From Chthoniobacteraceae bacterium (lineage in GTDB: Bacteria; Verrucomicrobiota; Verrucomicrobiia; Chthoniobacterales; Chthoniobacteraceae), in the NCBI GenBank assembly GCA_031409335.1, contig JANNWY010000196.1, forward strand, positions 1-64,000: a stretch of DNA of 64,000 nucleotides, read 5' to 3'. The translations under genes were made by a program, and so were the position numbers. The notes below the pieces were generated by a model that saw nothing but the letters and a program-made list of their open reading frames with translations, searched no databases and was not told the DNA's origin. Positions 50,210 through 60,464 of this stretch are shown piece by piece (position 1 is the first letter of the stretch; each line of letters opens with the position of its first letter).

Positions 50210-51643
50210 TTACGTAATGGTCAGTTCCTTCGTGATCGCGAAACGCTCGATGCGCTTCCGCAGCGTCGCGCGCGTGATGCCGAGGAGCTTGGCGGCGCGG
50301 ACTTGATTGCCCTTCGTGTGCTTCATCGCGTGGAGGGTGAACTCGCGTTCGAGCCACGGGAGGAGCTGCACGTTTGGATCGGCGGACGCGGCTTTGAGCA
50401 GCACCTCGATGGCGTCGTCCGTCGTCACCGGTCCGCTCACGCCGCCAGCGGTGGTGATCGTCACCTCGGCGGCGGCACCGAATGGCAGATCCTTTGGGAG
50501 CAACAGTTCCGAAGTGGCCAGGACACATGCGCGCTGGAGCGTGTTCTCGAGTTCGCGGACGTTGCCCGGCCACGCGTAACCTTCGAGCGCGCGGACGGCT
50601 TCCTCGCTGAGTTGCATGCGTGGCAGGAGTTTTTTCGTGGCGACTTTTTGCAGGAAATATTCGGAGAGCAGCCGCACGTCCTCGATCCGCTGGCGCAGCG
50701 GCGGGAGTTGGATGCGCACCACGTTCAGCCGGTAGAAAAGATCCTCGCGGAAAGTACGATTCGTCACCTCCTGTTCGAGGTTCTTGTTCGTCGCGGCGAT
50801 GATCCGCACATCGGATTTCAGGATCTCGTTGCCACCGACGCGCGAGAATTCCCCACCCTGCAGGACGCGCAGGATTTTTCCCTGCAAGGCCAGCGGCATG
50901 TCGCCGATTTCATCGAGGAAAAGCGTGCCGCCGTGACCCTGCTCGAAGCGCCCGAGCCGCTGCCCGGTCGCGCCGGTGAACGAGCCTTTTTCGTGGCCGA
51001 ACAATTCGCTCTCCAGCAATTGCTCGGGAATCGCCGCGCAATTGATCGCGACGAAACTTTTCGCGCTACGCGACGAATAATGATGGATCGCGCGCGCCAC
51101 CAGCTCCTTGCCCGTGCCGCTTTCCCCCGTGATCATCACCGGCGCATCGCTGTGGGAAACGCGCCCGATCATCTTGAAGACCTGCTGCATCGCGGCGGAT
51201 TTTCCGACGATGGAATCCTGATGCTCCTCGACGGTCAGCGTCGGCTTGAACGTGGTCGCCGCCCGCAACTCGGCCTGCGCTTTCAGCGCGGCGTCCACGA
51301 CGATCTTCCGATTGAAGGGCAGCGTCTCCTTCCGGATGAAATCGAACGCGCCAAGTTTCATCGACTCGATGACCGACTGCGTGGTGCCAAACTGGGTGGT
51401 GAGAATGACGATTGCGTGCGGATGCCGCTGCCGAACTTTTACCAAAAGCTCGAGCCCGCTGAACGGCGCGAGGTGCGTCTCACTAATCAGCAGATCGGGA
51501 TCTTCGCGGCAAAAAACCTTGTAGCCTTCATCCGCCGTCGTGGCCGTGAGGACGCGGGTCGTGCCGGTCTGCAACTGGTGCTGCGCCCATTCGAGAAAGT
51601 CCGTCTCGGGATCGACGATGAGGATGGTTTGGCCTGTTTCCAT
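50210..51643 (-). CDS. Sigma-54-dependent NtrC-family regulator with atypical receiver domain
   Basis: GESGTGKE; ESELFGHEKGSFTGA; LFLDEIG; WPGNVREL; Fis-type HTH. The receiver has LISE at the usual phospho-Asp position. Confidence 0.92.
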   Translation of the reverse strand: METGQTILIVDPETDFLEWAQHQLQTGTTRVLTATTADEGYKVFCREDPDLLISETHLAPFSGLELLVKVRQRHPHAIVILTTQFGTTQSVIESMKLGAFDFIRKETLPFNRKIVVDAALKAQAELRAATTFKPTLTVEEHQDSIVGKSAAMQQVFKMIGRVSHSDAPVMITGESGTGKELVARAIHHYSSRSAKSFVAINCAAIPEQLLESELFGHEKGSFTGATGQRLGRFEQGHGGTLFLDEIGDMPLALQGKILRVLQGGEFSRVGGNEILKSDVRIIAATNKNLEQEVTNRTFREDLFYRLNVVRIQLPPLRQRIEDVRLLSEYFLQKVATKKLLPRMQLSEEAVRALEGYAWPGNVRELENTLQRACVLATSELLLPKDLPFGAAAEVTITTAGGVSGPVTTDDAIEVLLKAASADPNVQLLPWLEREFTLHAMKHTKGNQVRAAKLLGITRATLRKRIERFAITKELTIT

Positions 51644-51733
51644 TGAAGTTGAATGACCGCCAATGCGGCTCTTTGGTTTCTTGGACGCACTCCACACCGA
51701 GCGCAAGCCCCGCGTGCGGGCTTTTCCGACGCC

Positions 51734-53098
51734 TCAGTGCCGCAGTTTCGCCACGCCGGACTCGATGATCTTGCCGACGAAACTCGTGTCGTATTTGCCA
51801 CGCACGAAATCCGGGTCGCGCATGATCGCCTCCTGAAAGGGGATCGTCGTCTTGACGCCACGGATGATGTATTCGCCGAGCGCGCGGCGCATGCGGTCGA
51901 GCGCGTTCTGGCGCGAGGTGCCGATGGCGATGACTTTGGCGATCATCGAGTCGTAGTGCGGCGGAACGGTGTAGCCGGTGTAAGCGTGGGAATCGATGCG
52001 GACGCCACGGCCACCCGGCGCGTAGTAGAGTTCGATGCGGCCAGGGCTGGGCTGGAAATTGTTAAACGGGTCCTCGGCGTTCACCCGGCATTCGATGGCG
52101 TGGTATTTCAGCACGGCCTTGCGGACGTAATCGGAAAGTTTGTGCCCGGCGGCGACTTTGATCTGCTCTTTCACGAGGTCGATGCCATACGCCTCTTCGG
52201 TGATGCAGTGCTCGACCTGGATGCGCGTGTTCATCTCCATGAAGTAATAGTTCCCGCTGTCATCGACGAGATACTCGATCGTGCCCGCGCCAATGTAGCC
52301 GACCGATTTCGCGAGCTTCACGGAGGCGTCCCCCATTTTTGATCGCAGCCTTTCCGTCATCAGCGGCGACGGACATTCCTCGATGATTTTTTGATTCCGC
52401 CGCTGCATCGAGCAATCGCGCTCGCCAATGTGAACCACGGAGCCGTGCGAGTCGGCCATGATCTGGAATTCGATGTGGTGCGGGTTCTCGATCAGTTTCT
52501 CGACATAGACGCCCGCGTTGCCGAATGCCTTCTCCGCCTCCATTCGAGCGCTGTGGAATCCCTGCACGAGCGACACGTCGTTGTGCGCCGGGCGCATCCC
52601 TTTTCCGCCGCCGCCGGCGACGGCTTTGATCATCACGGGATAGCCGATTTTTTTCGCGACTTTCAGCGCTTCCTGCTCGGTCTCGACGAGTCCATCGGAG
52701 CCGGGCGTGACCGGAATGCCGACTTTTCGCGCGGTCGCGCGGGCGATATTTTTGTCGCCCATCGAGCGGATCGCCGAGGCCGGCGGCCCGATGAATTTGA
52801 TATTGCAGCTCGCGCACACGTCCGCGAAATGCGCGTTCTCCGCGAGGAATCCGTAGCCGGGATGGATCGCATCGACGTCGCCAATCTCGGCGGCGGAAAT
52901 GATGCGGTCGATTTTCAAATACGACTGCGCACTCGGCGGCGGCCCGATGCAGATGGCCTCGTCGGCGAGCTGGACGTGGAGCGAATCGATGTCGGCTTCG
53001 GAATAGACGGCGAGCGTCTTGATGCCGAGTTCCTTGCACGCGCGGATGACGCGCAGGGCGATTTCGCCGCGGTTGGCGATCAGGACCTTTTTGAACAT
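51734..53098 (-). CDS. accC: Acetyl-CoA carboxylase biotin carboxylase
   Basis: [51 protein letters not shown]. Confidence 0.98.
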   Translation of the reverse strand: MFKKVLIANRGEIALRVIRACKELGIKTLAVYSEADIDSLHVQLADEAICIGPPPSAQSYLKIDRIISAAEIGDVDAIHPGYGFLAENAHFADVCASCNIKFIGPPASAIRSMGDKNIARATARKVGIPVTPGSDGLVETEQEALKVAKKIGYPVMIKAVAGGGGKGMRPAHNDVSLVQGFHSARMEAEKAFGNAGVYVEKLIENPHHIEFQIMADSHGSVVHIGERDCSMQRRNQKIIEECPSPLMTERLRSKMGDASVKLAKSVGYIGAGTIEYLVDDSGNYYFMEMNTRIQVEHCITEEAYGIDLVKEQIKVAAGHKLSDYVRKAVLKYHAIECRVNAEDPFNNFQPSPGRIELYYAPGGRGVRIDSHAYTGYTVPPHYDSMIAKVIAIGTSRQNALDRMRRALGEYIIRGVKTTIPFQEAIMRDPDFVRGKYDTSFVGKIIESGVAKLRH

Positions 53099-53184
53099 TT
53101 CAGATTGATGATTTCAGATTTCAGATTGGAAGGAAGGCGCGCAGATTGGATTTCAATCTGAAATCTGAAATCGGAGATCTGAAA
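53098..53184. repeat. Inverted heptamer arrays (ATTTCAG) ... (CTGAAAT) filling the accB-accC spacer
   Basis: TTTCAGATTGATGATTTCAGATTTCAGATTG / CAATCTGAAATCTGAAATCGGAGATCTGAAA. Confidence 0.85.
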
Positions 53185-53637
53185 CTATTTCAGCCGGTAG
53201 AGCACCTGCCCGAACTGCACGGGCTTGCCATTTTCCGCGACGATCTCGGCGACGACCCCGCGGACTTCGGCCTTGATTTCATTCATCACTTTCATCGCCT
53301 CGATGAGGCAGACGACAGTCTCTTCCGAAACGTCCTGCCCGATCGTGACGTAGGCTGGCGAGTCTGGCGATGGCGCGGAGTAAAATGTGCCGACCATCGG
53401 CGAGGTGATCTCGATGAAGCTGCTGATTTCCTTCGGAGCCGGCGCAGCAGCCGCAGCCGAAACCGGCACCGCTGCCGCGGGAGCCGCCAGGGCGAACGGC
53501 GCGGCAGTGGTGATCACTGGCTGGAAGTCGGTCCCCTTCTTCAGCGTGATTTTGAAGCCTTCTTTCTCCATTTTGAAAACGGAGAGATCATTCTTCCTCA
53601 TCAACGCGATGAGTTCTTTGATGTCTTTTAAGTCCAA
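53185..53637 (-). CDS. accB: Acetyl-CoA carboxylase biotin carboxyl carrier protein
   Basis: TTG start LDLKDIKELI; Ala/Pro linker; SPMVGTFY; EAMKVMNEI. Confidence 0.97.
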   Translation of the reverse strand: MDLKDIKELIALMRKNDLSVFKMEKEGFKITLKKGTDFQPVITTAAPFALAAPAAAVPVSAAAAAPAPKEISSFIEITSPMVGTFYSAPSPDSPAYVTIGQDVSEETVVCLIEAMKVMNEIKAEVRGVVAEIVAENGKPVQFGQVLYRLK

Positions 53638-53751
53638 TGTAATGAGGCTTTGCGAGCGAGGGGCGGATGCTACGCGCCGGGTTTTCAATCGGTCAAGCCC
53701 TCGAACTCAAGTGCTCGCGCCGCGGGCAATGCCGCCCGGAAACATTGCCGC

Positions 53752-55263
53752 TTACTTCTTCTTCACTTTCGGAAGGACTTTGCGTTCGAGTTTTTCGAGC
53801 GGGTCGCGGAAGGATTCGGAATAAACGGTGTCGGTCGCGGTCGCGCGGTCGAACTCGGCGAGCGCGGTGTTGTAGTCGCCGCGGGATTGCAATTCCGTGC
53901 TGCGGGCTTTCGTGAGCGCGGTGCGCGCGTCGAGCACTTCGAGCTGCGTGCCCGCGCCCGCGGAAAAGCGTTCATTGGCGAGGCGGAGCGATTCGGCGGC
54001 TTGCTCGACGTTCTTTTGCTGGCTGCGGATCGTCTCGCGGGCGGTTTGGAGATTCGCGTAGGCGGTCTGCACTTCGAGGTCCACTTTTTGCACCGAGTCG
54101 TCGTAGTTGATGCGGGCGCTTTCGAGTGCGGCGCGGGCCTGCTTTACCCGGCCAAACGTGGCGAGGCCGTCGAAGATATTCCACTTTCCCGTCACTCCGA
54201 AAAACCATCCGTCCACCGTCTTGTCGAGATCCTCGCTGAGCCGGGAATTGCGGACTTCATAGCCGGCATTCGCATCGAGGCGCGGCTTGTATCCGGCCAG
54301 GGCGACTTTGATTTGCTCGGTCTGCTGGAGGATTTGCTGGCGCTGCACTTTGAGGAAAGGGCGGCGCGCCCGGGCGAGATCGAGCGCCGCCTGCAGTCCG
54401 AGTTGCCGCTCCGTGATTGCGAGGGCGCCGACGGTTTTGAAGGTCGGTTTGCCCTTGGGCCCGGGATCGAGCCCGAGCGTTTTCGCGAGTGCGATTTCCG
54501 CGAGCAAGTGGTTGTTCCGCGCGCGGATCAGATCGGGCTGCACGTTCGCGAGCTCCACCTCGGCGCGGAGCACGTTGAACCGCGGGACCGTCCCGGCTTC
54601 AAAGCGGTTCTTCTGATCGCGAAGCTGGTCCTCCTGAAGCCTCACGGTTTCCTCGGCGACGTTGATCAGCGCACGATTCGTCAGCACGGTGGTAAATTGC
54701 GTCCGCACTGTGGCGATGACCTGATCGACCACGTCGCGCAGTGCGAAATATGCGGCGTCCTCCGCAAACTTTGCGATCTTGATTGCCGAGCGGACCTGCC
54801 CGCCGGCGTAAAGCACCTGCTGCACCTGCATCGTCACCTGCCATGATTTGTTTTGAATCGGACGCGAACCGCTGCTCGACGAGCCGAGCGCCCGCAGGAT
54901 GTCCTGAATCACCGGGTCGATTTCCGTCGATGTATCGAAGCCGCCGCTGCCGCTCGATCCGGTGCCCTGCTCGAACAGCTCCTTTGCGCGCTGATCGTAA
55001 CTGGCCGCCATCGTGAGATGCGGCAGCGCCTCCGCGCGCACTTCGATGATCTGGCCGCGCGTCCGCTCGATTTCCTGAAGTTGCTTGAGAAGATCCGGAT
55101 TCTGACGGAGCGCGATTCCCACAGCGGCATTGAGCGTCAGATCGCCCGAAACCGAGCGCACCAGTTCCCCGACGGCGACGGGTCTACCTTTGGCGCCGGT
55201 TGCGGGTGGAAAAAAAAGTAGCGCGGTGGCGCAGGCGGCAAGACAGGAGCGGGCTAGGAACAT
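53752..55263 (-). CDS. TolC-family outer membrane factor
   Basis: ALRQNPDL; QVLYAGG; RFEAGTV..NVLRAEV; WNIFDG; RFSAGAGTQLEVLDA. Confidence 0.9.
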   Translation of the reverse strand: MFLARSCLAACATALLFFPPATGAKGRPVAVGELVRSVSGDLTLNAAVGIALRQNPDLLKQLQEIERTRGQIIEVRAEALPHLTMAASYDQRAKELFEQGTGSSGSGGFDTSTEIDPVIQDILRALGSSSSGSRPIQNKSWQVTMQVQQVLYAGGQVRSAIKIAKFAEDAAYFALRDVVDQVIATVRTQFTTVLTNRALINVAEETVRLQEDQLRDQKNRFEAGTVPRFNVLRAEVELANVQPDLIRARNNHLLAEIALAKTLGLDPGPKGKPTFKTVGALAITERQLGLQAALDLARARRPFLKVQRQQILQQTEQIKVALAGYKPRLDANAGYEVRNSRLSEDLDKTVDGWFFGVTGKWNIFDGLATFGRVKQARAALESARINYDDSVQKVDLEVQTAYANLQTARETIRSQQKNVEQAAESLRLANERFSAGAGTQLEVLDARTALTKARSTELQSRGDYNTALAEFDRATATDTVYSESFRDPLEKLERKVLPKVKKK

Positions 55264-55706
55264 TCGCAGTAGGTGATTATTTTCTCGTAGATTTTGACCC
55301 AGCTTCGCTGCTCGTCGGCATCCAGGCACGCCATCATCTTGAGCAGATTCTCCACCATGTCGTCATGCACTTCGCCGACGATCGTTTCACCGGATGGCGT
55401 GATTTTGACAAGCACCTTCCTGCGATCGGTCGTCGCGTGGCAGCGCGCCACGTGGCCAAGTTTCTCCAGCCGGTCCACCAGCCCGGTCGCCGCCGCGGTG
55501 GTGTGGCCCATCTGTTTTGCGATCTCCGTCATCGTCAGCTCGCCCTTCAACGCGAGAAATCCGAGCAGGAAATACTGTGGGAAGGAGACGTTGCCCCGCT
55601 GCAGTTCCTTTGAAACCGTGAGCATGAATCGGCGCTGAAGGATGGTGCAAATATCCGCCAGCCGCTCGGCATCGCGGCGCATCCGGTCTTCGTCTGGAGT
55701 GGGCAT
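55254..55706 (-). CDS. MarR family transcriptional regulator
   Basis: SFPQYFLL; TMTEIA; TGLVDRLEKLG.V.R....DRRKV.V.IT..G. Confidence 0.92.
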   Translation of the reverse strand: MPTPDEDRMRRDAERLADICTILQRRFMLTVSKELQRGNVSFPQYFLLGFLALKGELTMTEIAKQMGHTTAAATGLVDRLEKLGHVARCHATTDRRKVLVKITPSGETIVGEVHDDMVENLLKMMACLDADEQRSWVKIYEKIITYCECS

Positions 55707-55824
55707 ACGCTTAATGTGGGTTGACGTTAAATGCGATAAACTATCGGTCAACCGCTCTTCTTTCCATTCGCGATCCGTCGTCTTCCTTGCCAAGTCCCGC
55801 GCCGAAACGCTACCCTCCGCATCC

Positions 55825-56307
55825 ATGGACATCGAACTTCTCCGCACCGTCTCCATCATGCGGAATCTCAGCGAACAGGAGCTGGCCGAAGTGGCTGCGC
55901 TCTTCACCCGGCGTGACGTCAAGAACAAGGAGCGAATCCTTCAGGAAGGGTATCCGGTGAAACACCTTTATATCGTGTGCGACGGCGTGGCGCACGTCCG
56001 GCGGCTCGCGCAAAAGCGCGAAATGCTGCTGGGCACGATCACCAAGGGAAAGTTTTTCGGGGAGATCAATCTCTTCGACCCTGGCGTTTCCACGGCGTCG
56101 ATTTACGCGATGAAAGATTTGAAACTCGCCCTGGTCGATTACGAATCGCTGCGTGACTACATGTCCGCAAATCCCGCGACCGGCTACAAAATCGCGACCG
56201 GGATGATGAGCGAAATGGCCCGCCGCCTGCGCAGCACCAGCGCGCGCCTGGCGAATTCGATCTACTGGACGGCTGCGGAAACGCTCCAGCCTGAAGGCCC
56301 GATGTAG
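55825..56307 (+). CDS. Stand-alone cyclic nucleotide-binding domain protein
   Basis: ILQEG; LYIVCDG; GKFFGEINLFDPGVSTASIYA. No HTH follows. Confidence 0.85.
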   Translation: MDIELLRTVSIMRNLSEQELAEVAALFTRRDVKNKERILQEGYPVKHLYIVCDGVAHVRRLAQKREMLLGTITKGKFFGEINLFDPGVSTASIYAMKDLKLALVDYESLRDYMSANPATGYKIATGMMSEMARRLRSTSARLANSIYWTAAETLQPEGPM

Positions 56308-56359
56308 CGGCGAGAAAAGGCTCGCCGCCCGCATCCGCATTTCCTGAGATGAACGCTCC

Positions 56360-57940
56360 ATGTCGTCCACCGAATCCAGCGCGGCGTCTCCCGCAAAGCG
56401 GGGCCTGACCGCCCTCGCACTCCTCGCGCTTTTTGCCGCCGCCACCGTCCATTTTTCGCGGGATAATCGCTACCCATTTTTCTACCACCCGGACGAATTC
56501 GGCAAAGCCAAGCAGGTCGTGGACGGCACGAAGAGCTTCAACTTCAACCACCCGCTGCTCCTCCTGAACGCCGCGAAGCCGCTCAGGAAAATCGAAGGCA
56601 AAAGCGCGAACGACACGAAGCCCGACAAACTCCAAAAAGCCACCGTCGGTGGCCGCACCGCATCCGCGATTTTCGCCGCGCTCACCGTCGTCGCGCTCGC
56701 GGTCGCGGCGTATTTGCTGGCCGGTCCGGGCGGCGCAGTCGGCGCGGCGATCGTCGCGCTGTTCCACCCGATGCTTTTCGAGCACGCGCACATTTTCAAG
56801 GAAGACACCGCGCTCACCATGGGCCTCGCTCTCACAGTCATGGCCGCCGCGTTTTTCTGGAATAATCCGGCTTGTGGACGACGTGCGATCCTCCTCGGCA
56901 TCGCGGTCGCGCTCGCTGTCTCGGGGAAATACGTCGGCCTCACCGCGCTCGCCATCGCGCTGCCCGTCGTCGTCTTCGCCCCCGGTGAAAAACGCGGGCG
57001 GCGCATCGGCCTTTTCGCCGCCGGATTCGTCGCCGCGTTCGCGCTGTGCAACTACCAGGTTTTCACGCACCTCGGCCTGTGGCGCGAGAGTTTCAACCGC
57101 GAAGTCGGCTACTCGCTCAAGGGCCACCGCGGCCTGCTCGCGCAGGATTCCGTCACTTATTACAAGCGCTGGTTCAGCGGCACCGTCTCCGCCGTCGCCG
57201 TGATTTTCCTCGCGCTGAACGCGCTCCATCTCGCCACCGCGACCACCCGCCGCCGCTCGCTCGCCGAATGGCTGATTTTCCTCTTCCCGTTTGCGTTCAC
57301 CGCCATGCTCATGGCCTCGCCGCGCGTCTCGGACCGCTACTTTTTGCCCGCCGCAGTCCTGTTCAATTTCAACGCGCTCGTCGGCGTGGGCGTCGGCGCG
57401 GAATGGTTCACGCGCGCCTTCGGAAAATTCCGCTTCGCCGGCCAGATCGGGTTTGCCGCGCTCGCGCTGCTCATCGGTTGGAGCGGCCAGTTCGACAAAT
57501 TCGGGAAGACCCGCGCGCAATTCAAAGCCGACGATCGCCAGGAACTCGAAGCGTGGATGAACGACAACCTCCCCGCCGGCAGCAGCGTCGTGCAGGATTA
57601 CACGATCCACCTGCCCGACCCCGGCGATCACAAGCAGGAAGGCATCAAGCGCGCATTCAAACACACCGTGCGCGGCCACGAATTCGTCGCCGAACTCGGC
57701 ACCCTCGCCGAACTCCGCGCGCAAGGCGTCCGCTACGTCGTCACCTCGCCGAAAAAAAGCCAGCGCTACACCGATGGCGGCATGGCGCCGAGCGATGCGG
57801 TGAAGGAGGAATTCGAGCGCCGCAAATCTTTCTACAGCGCGCTGCCGCTGGAGGCGAAGCTGCTCAAAAAATGGGACATGGCGGAGATCGACACGCTGCA
57901 TCCGGGAATCGAACTCTACGACCTTCAGCAGAGGCCGTGA
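56360..57940 (+). CDS. GT-C fold glycosyltransferase (ArnT/PMT, family 39-like)
   Basis: TM followed by HPDE; HPLL; KED; SGKY; DRYFLP; many TM helices. Confidence 0.75.
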   Translation: MSSTESSAASPAKRGLTALALLALFAAATVHFSRDNRYPFFYHPDEFGKAKQVVDGTKSFNFNHPLLLLNAAKPLRKIEGKSANDTKPDKLQKATVGGRTASAIFAALTVVALAVAAYLLAGPGGAVGAAIVALFHPMLFEHAHIFKEDTALTMGLALTVMAAAFFWNNPACGRRAILLGIAVALAVSGKYVGLTALAIALPVVVFAPGEKRGRRIGLFAAGFVAAFALCNYQVFTHLGLWRESFNREVGYSLKGHRGLLAQDSVTYYKRWFSGTVSAVAVIFLALNALHLATATTRRRSLAEWLIFLFPFAFTAMLMASPRVSDRYFLPAAVLFNFNALVGVGVGAEWFTRAFGKFRFAGQIGFAALALLIGWSGQFDKFGKTRAQFKADDRQELEAWMNDNLPAGSSVVQDYTIHLPDPGDHKQEGIKRAFKHTVRGHEFVAELGTLAELRAQGVRYVVTSPKKSQRYTDGGMAPSDAVKEEFERRKSFYSALPLEAKLLKKWDMAEIDTLHPGIELYDLQQRP

Positions 57941-59493
57941 AATTGCGGATTGCGGATTGCGGATTGCGGATTTTTTTCGCGCGGGCGCGCGGCAAAGAGG
58001 GCGCGCTTTCAATCCGCAATCTCCTCCTCTGGTGCCTGCCCGCGCTGCTCGTCGGCGCATGGTTGCGCATCGAGCTGCTGAACGGCTGGCGCGGCGGACT
58101 CTACTTCGGCCCGGACTCCGGCTCGTATTGGGAAACCGCCTTCCGTTTCGCGCACGGCGGCGGTTTCGACGTGAGCGGGAAACGTCCGTGGCTGTATCCC
58201 GCGATCGTCTGGCTCGCGGGCCACGGGCCGGTAAGTCCGGCATTCAGCGTCGCGCTTTTACAGCAATTCGCCGCGTGGCTTTCCATCGCCGCACTCGGCG
58301 CGCTCGTGCGGCTCATCGTGCCGCGGTGGAAATGGTTCATCATTCCCGCGACCACGCTCTACGCGGGCCAGCCGGAGATTCTCTATTGGGGCCATGTCCT
58401 CATCGCTGATTCGCTCTTCATTTCCACCACCCTCGCCGTCGCGCTCGGGGCGACGATCTACTGGCTGAAACCCTCGTGGCGCTGGCTCGCGACCACCGCC
58501 GCGCTCGTCTTCATCGCCATGGCGCTGCGCCCGGTCGGACGCACACTCTGGCTGCCGCTCATCCCGCTCGCGCTGCTCGTGCCGAATGTCGCCTGGCGGC
58601 AAAAACTTCTCCACGCCGCCACGCTCACGATTCTCTATTTCCCCGCTTCGAAAGCCACGCGCGTCAGCCAGGGCGAAGACCTGCTCTTCGCGTCCACCTT
58701 TCCGCTCATGCGCCTCGACACCCCGCTCCACGCCGACTTCAAAGCCGAGCTGCGCCCGCAGGTCGAAGCTGCCCGCGCCGATCTGTGGAAATACGTCACC
58801 ATCGGCCAGCGCGAAGTCTGGGGCGATCTCATCGACGACACGCCGGACGATCCAAATTCCGTCCTGCAAAAACTCCGTGCCGACAAAAAGCGCTATGGCC
58901 AGGTCCGCCGCGAAATCAGCCGCGAAGCCCTCCGCGGCGATCCACTGAGTTACGCCGGGATGGTCGCGATGAAGATTTATTCCGTCTTCGCGATCAACCA
59001 CAACCACGAGCGCCTCGATCCCGCACGCTGGAGCGGCGGATCGGAAAAATTTCTCGGAAACACTTTCAAAAAGATCGACCCGCGATTTCCCGCTTACGTT
59101 CTCCGCGATGAAAAGATCGCCGACACCGAAACGCTGCACGCCGCGATGGGCGCGACACTTTCCGGCTCCGCCAGCCAGGCGCGTGTGCTCCGCGCGCTCA
59201 CTTTTTTCGACCGAATCTGCACGCCGTTTTCGCTCAACGGAAAGCAACCCGACCGCTGGTGGTGGATCATCCCCGTCGCGCTCGGCGTCCTCGCTTTCCC
59301 CTGGACCCGCGAAGGCCGCCGCCTGGTGCCCGTGCTGATCCTGGTCGCCGGTTATCTCGCCATGACCTATGTCGTCGGCCGCGCCGTCGGCCGCTACCGC
59401 CTGCCCGTCGAGTTCGCGCTTTACCTCACCGCCGCCGCCGGCCTCGCCACGATCCCGCGCGCCCTCCGCGCCAGATCGCTTGGTGTTCGTTGA
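57937..59493 (+). CDS. Multi-pass membrane protein, probable GT-C glycosyltransferase
   Basis: GTGA-coupled start; PDSGSY; KRPWLYP; ADSLF; LRP; C-terminal RYRLP. Confidence 0.7.
   Translation: MKLRIADCGLRIFFARARGKEGALSIRNLLLWCLPALLVGAWLRIELLNGWRGGLYFGPDSGSYWETAFRFAHGGGFDVSGKRPWLYPAIVWLAGHGPVSPAFSVALLQQFAAWLSIAALGALVRLIVPRWKWFIIPATTLYAGQPEILYWGHVLIADSLFISTTLAVALGATIYWLKPSWRWLATTAALVFIAMALRPVGRTLWLPLIPLALLVPNVAWRQKLLHAATLTILYFPASKATRVSQGEDLLFASTFPLMRLDTPLHADFKAELRPQVEAARADLWKYVTIGQREVWGDLIDDTPDDPNSVLQKLRADKKRYGQVRREISREALRGDPLSYAGMVAMKIYSVFAINHNHERLDPARWSGGSEKFLGNTFKKIDPRFPAYVLRDEKIADTETLHAAMGATLSGSASQARVLRALTFFDRICTPFSLNGKQPDRWWWIIPVALGVLAFPWTREGRRLVPVLILVAGYLAMTYVVGRAVGRYRLPVEFALYLTAAAGLATIPRALRARSLGVR
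57942..58021. repeat. (ATTGCGG)x4 array with inverted AATCCGCAATC
   Basis: Encodes LRIADCGLRI...IRN at the N-terminus of the 57937 ORF. Confidence 0.85.
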
Positions 59494-59538
59494 CGGACTT
59501 GCTATTTCTCTAGTCATGACCGCAAACCCACCCATCCG

Positions 59539-60372
59539 ATGAGCACTCCGATCCTTTGTGGCACTGATTTTTCCGCGAACGCAGCACACGCCGCCGACGC
59601 CGCAGCGGCGCTCGCGATGAAGCTCGGCACCAAGCTGATCCTCGCGCACAGCCTCGATGAGCGCGGGGAAATCCCCGATTATCTCCGTCCGCAACTTCGC
59701 TACACTCTGGAGCCGCGGCTCGCCACCGAAGCGGCGCGCGTGCGAGCTTTGGGCGCGGAGGTCGAGGAACACCTGATCCGCGGCGTGCCCGACGACGGCT
59801 TGCTCGCGCTCGCGGCGAATTGCGGCGCGCGTTTCATCGTGCTCGCCGCCTCCGGCACTGGCGCGCTCGGGCGCTGGATGCTCGGCAGTGTGGCGGAAAA
59901 AACCGCCGAGTCCGCGCCGCTCCCGACCCTCGTGATCCGCGCCGCGCAGCCGCTGGTGGAATGGGCGCGCGGCTCGCGACCGCTCCGTATTTTGGCAGGC
60001 GTCGATTTCACCGCGAACTCCGAGGCCGCGCTGCACTGGATCGCGAGCATCCGCGAAATCGGACCGTGCGAAATCACGCTGGGATTCATTGATGACGGCC
60101 AGGATGAAACGCCCGATGCGGCGCTGCGGGAGCGGGCGCAAAAAATCTTTGGTGACGAGTCGGCGATCATCGTAGAACGCGCCAGCTCCGCACGGATCGA
60201 CGCGCATCTTTTGAAAATAGCCGACGACATCGCCGCGGACCTGATCGTGGTCGGCACGCACCAATGGCACGGCGTGCAGCGGCTGCGGCACGCATCCGTC
60301 TCGCGCCGACTGCTGCGCGATGCGCCAGTGAGCGTCGTGTGCGTTCCCGACCCCAGCGCACTGCCGCGCTAG
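59539..60372 (+). CDS. Universal stress protein (tandem USP domains)
   Basis: ILCGTDFS...LGSVAE...PTLVIR and ILAGVDFT...DLIVVGTH...SVS...SVVCVP. Confidence 0.92.
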   Translation: MSTPILCGTDFSANAAHAADAAAALAMKLGTKLILAHSLDERGEIPDYLRPQLRYTLEPRLATEAARVRALGAEVEEHLIRGVPDDGLLALAANCGARFIVLAASGTGALGRWMLGSVAEKTAESAPLPTLVIRAAQPLVEWARGSRPLRILAGVDFTANSEAALHWIASIREIGPCEITLGFIDDGQDETPDAALRERAQKIFGDESAIIVERASSARIDAHLLKIADDIAADLIVVGTHQWHGVQRLRHASVSRRLLRDAPVSVVCVPDPSALPR

Positions 60373-60464
60373 GCTTGCATTTTTTAACCCGCGCCAATCC
60401 TGAGTTTGTTTCCGCCAACTGAGGGCTGGCGAGGCTGGGCGACCTCGTCTTTAGTGGCGCTCCC

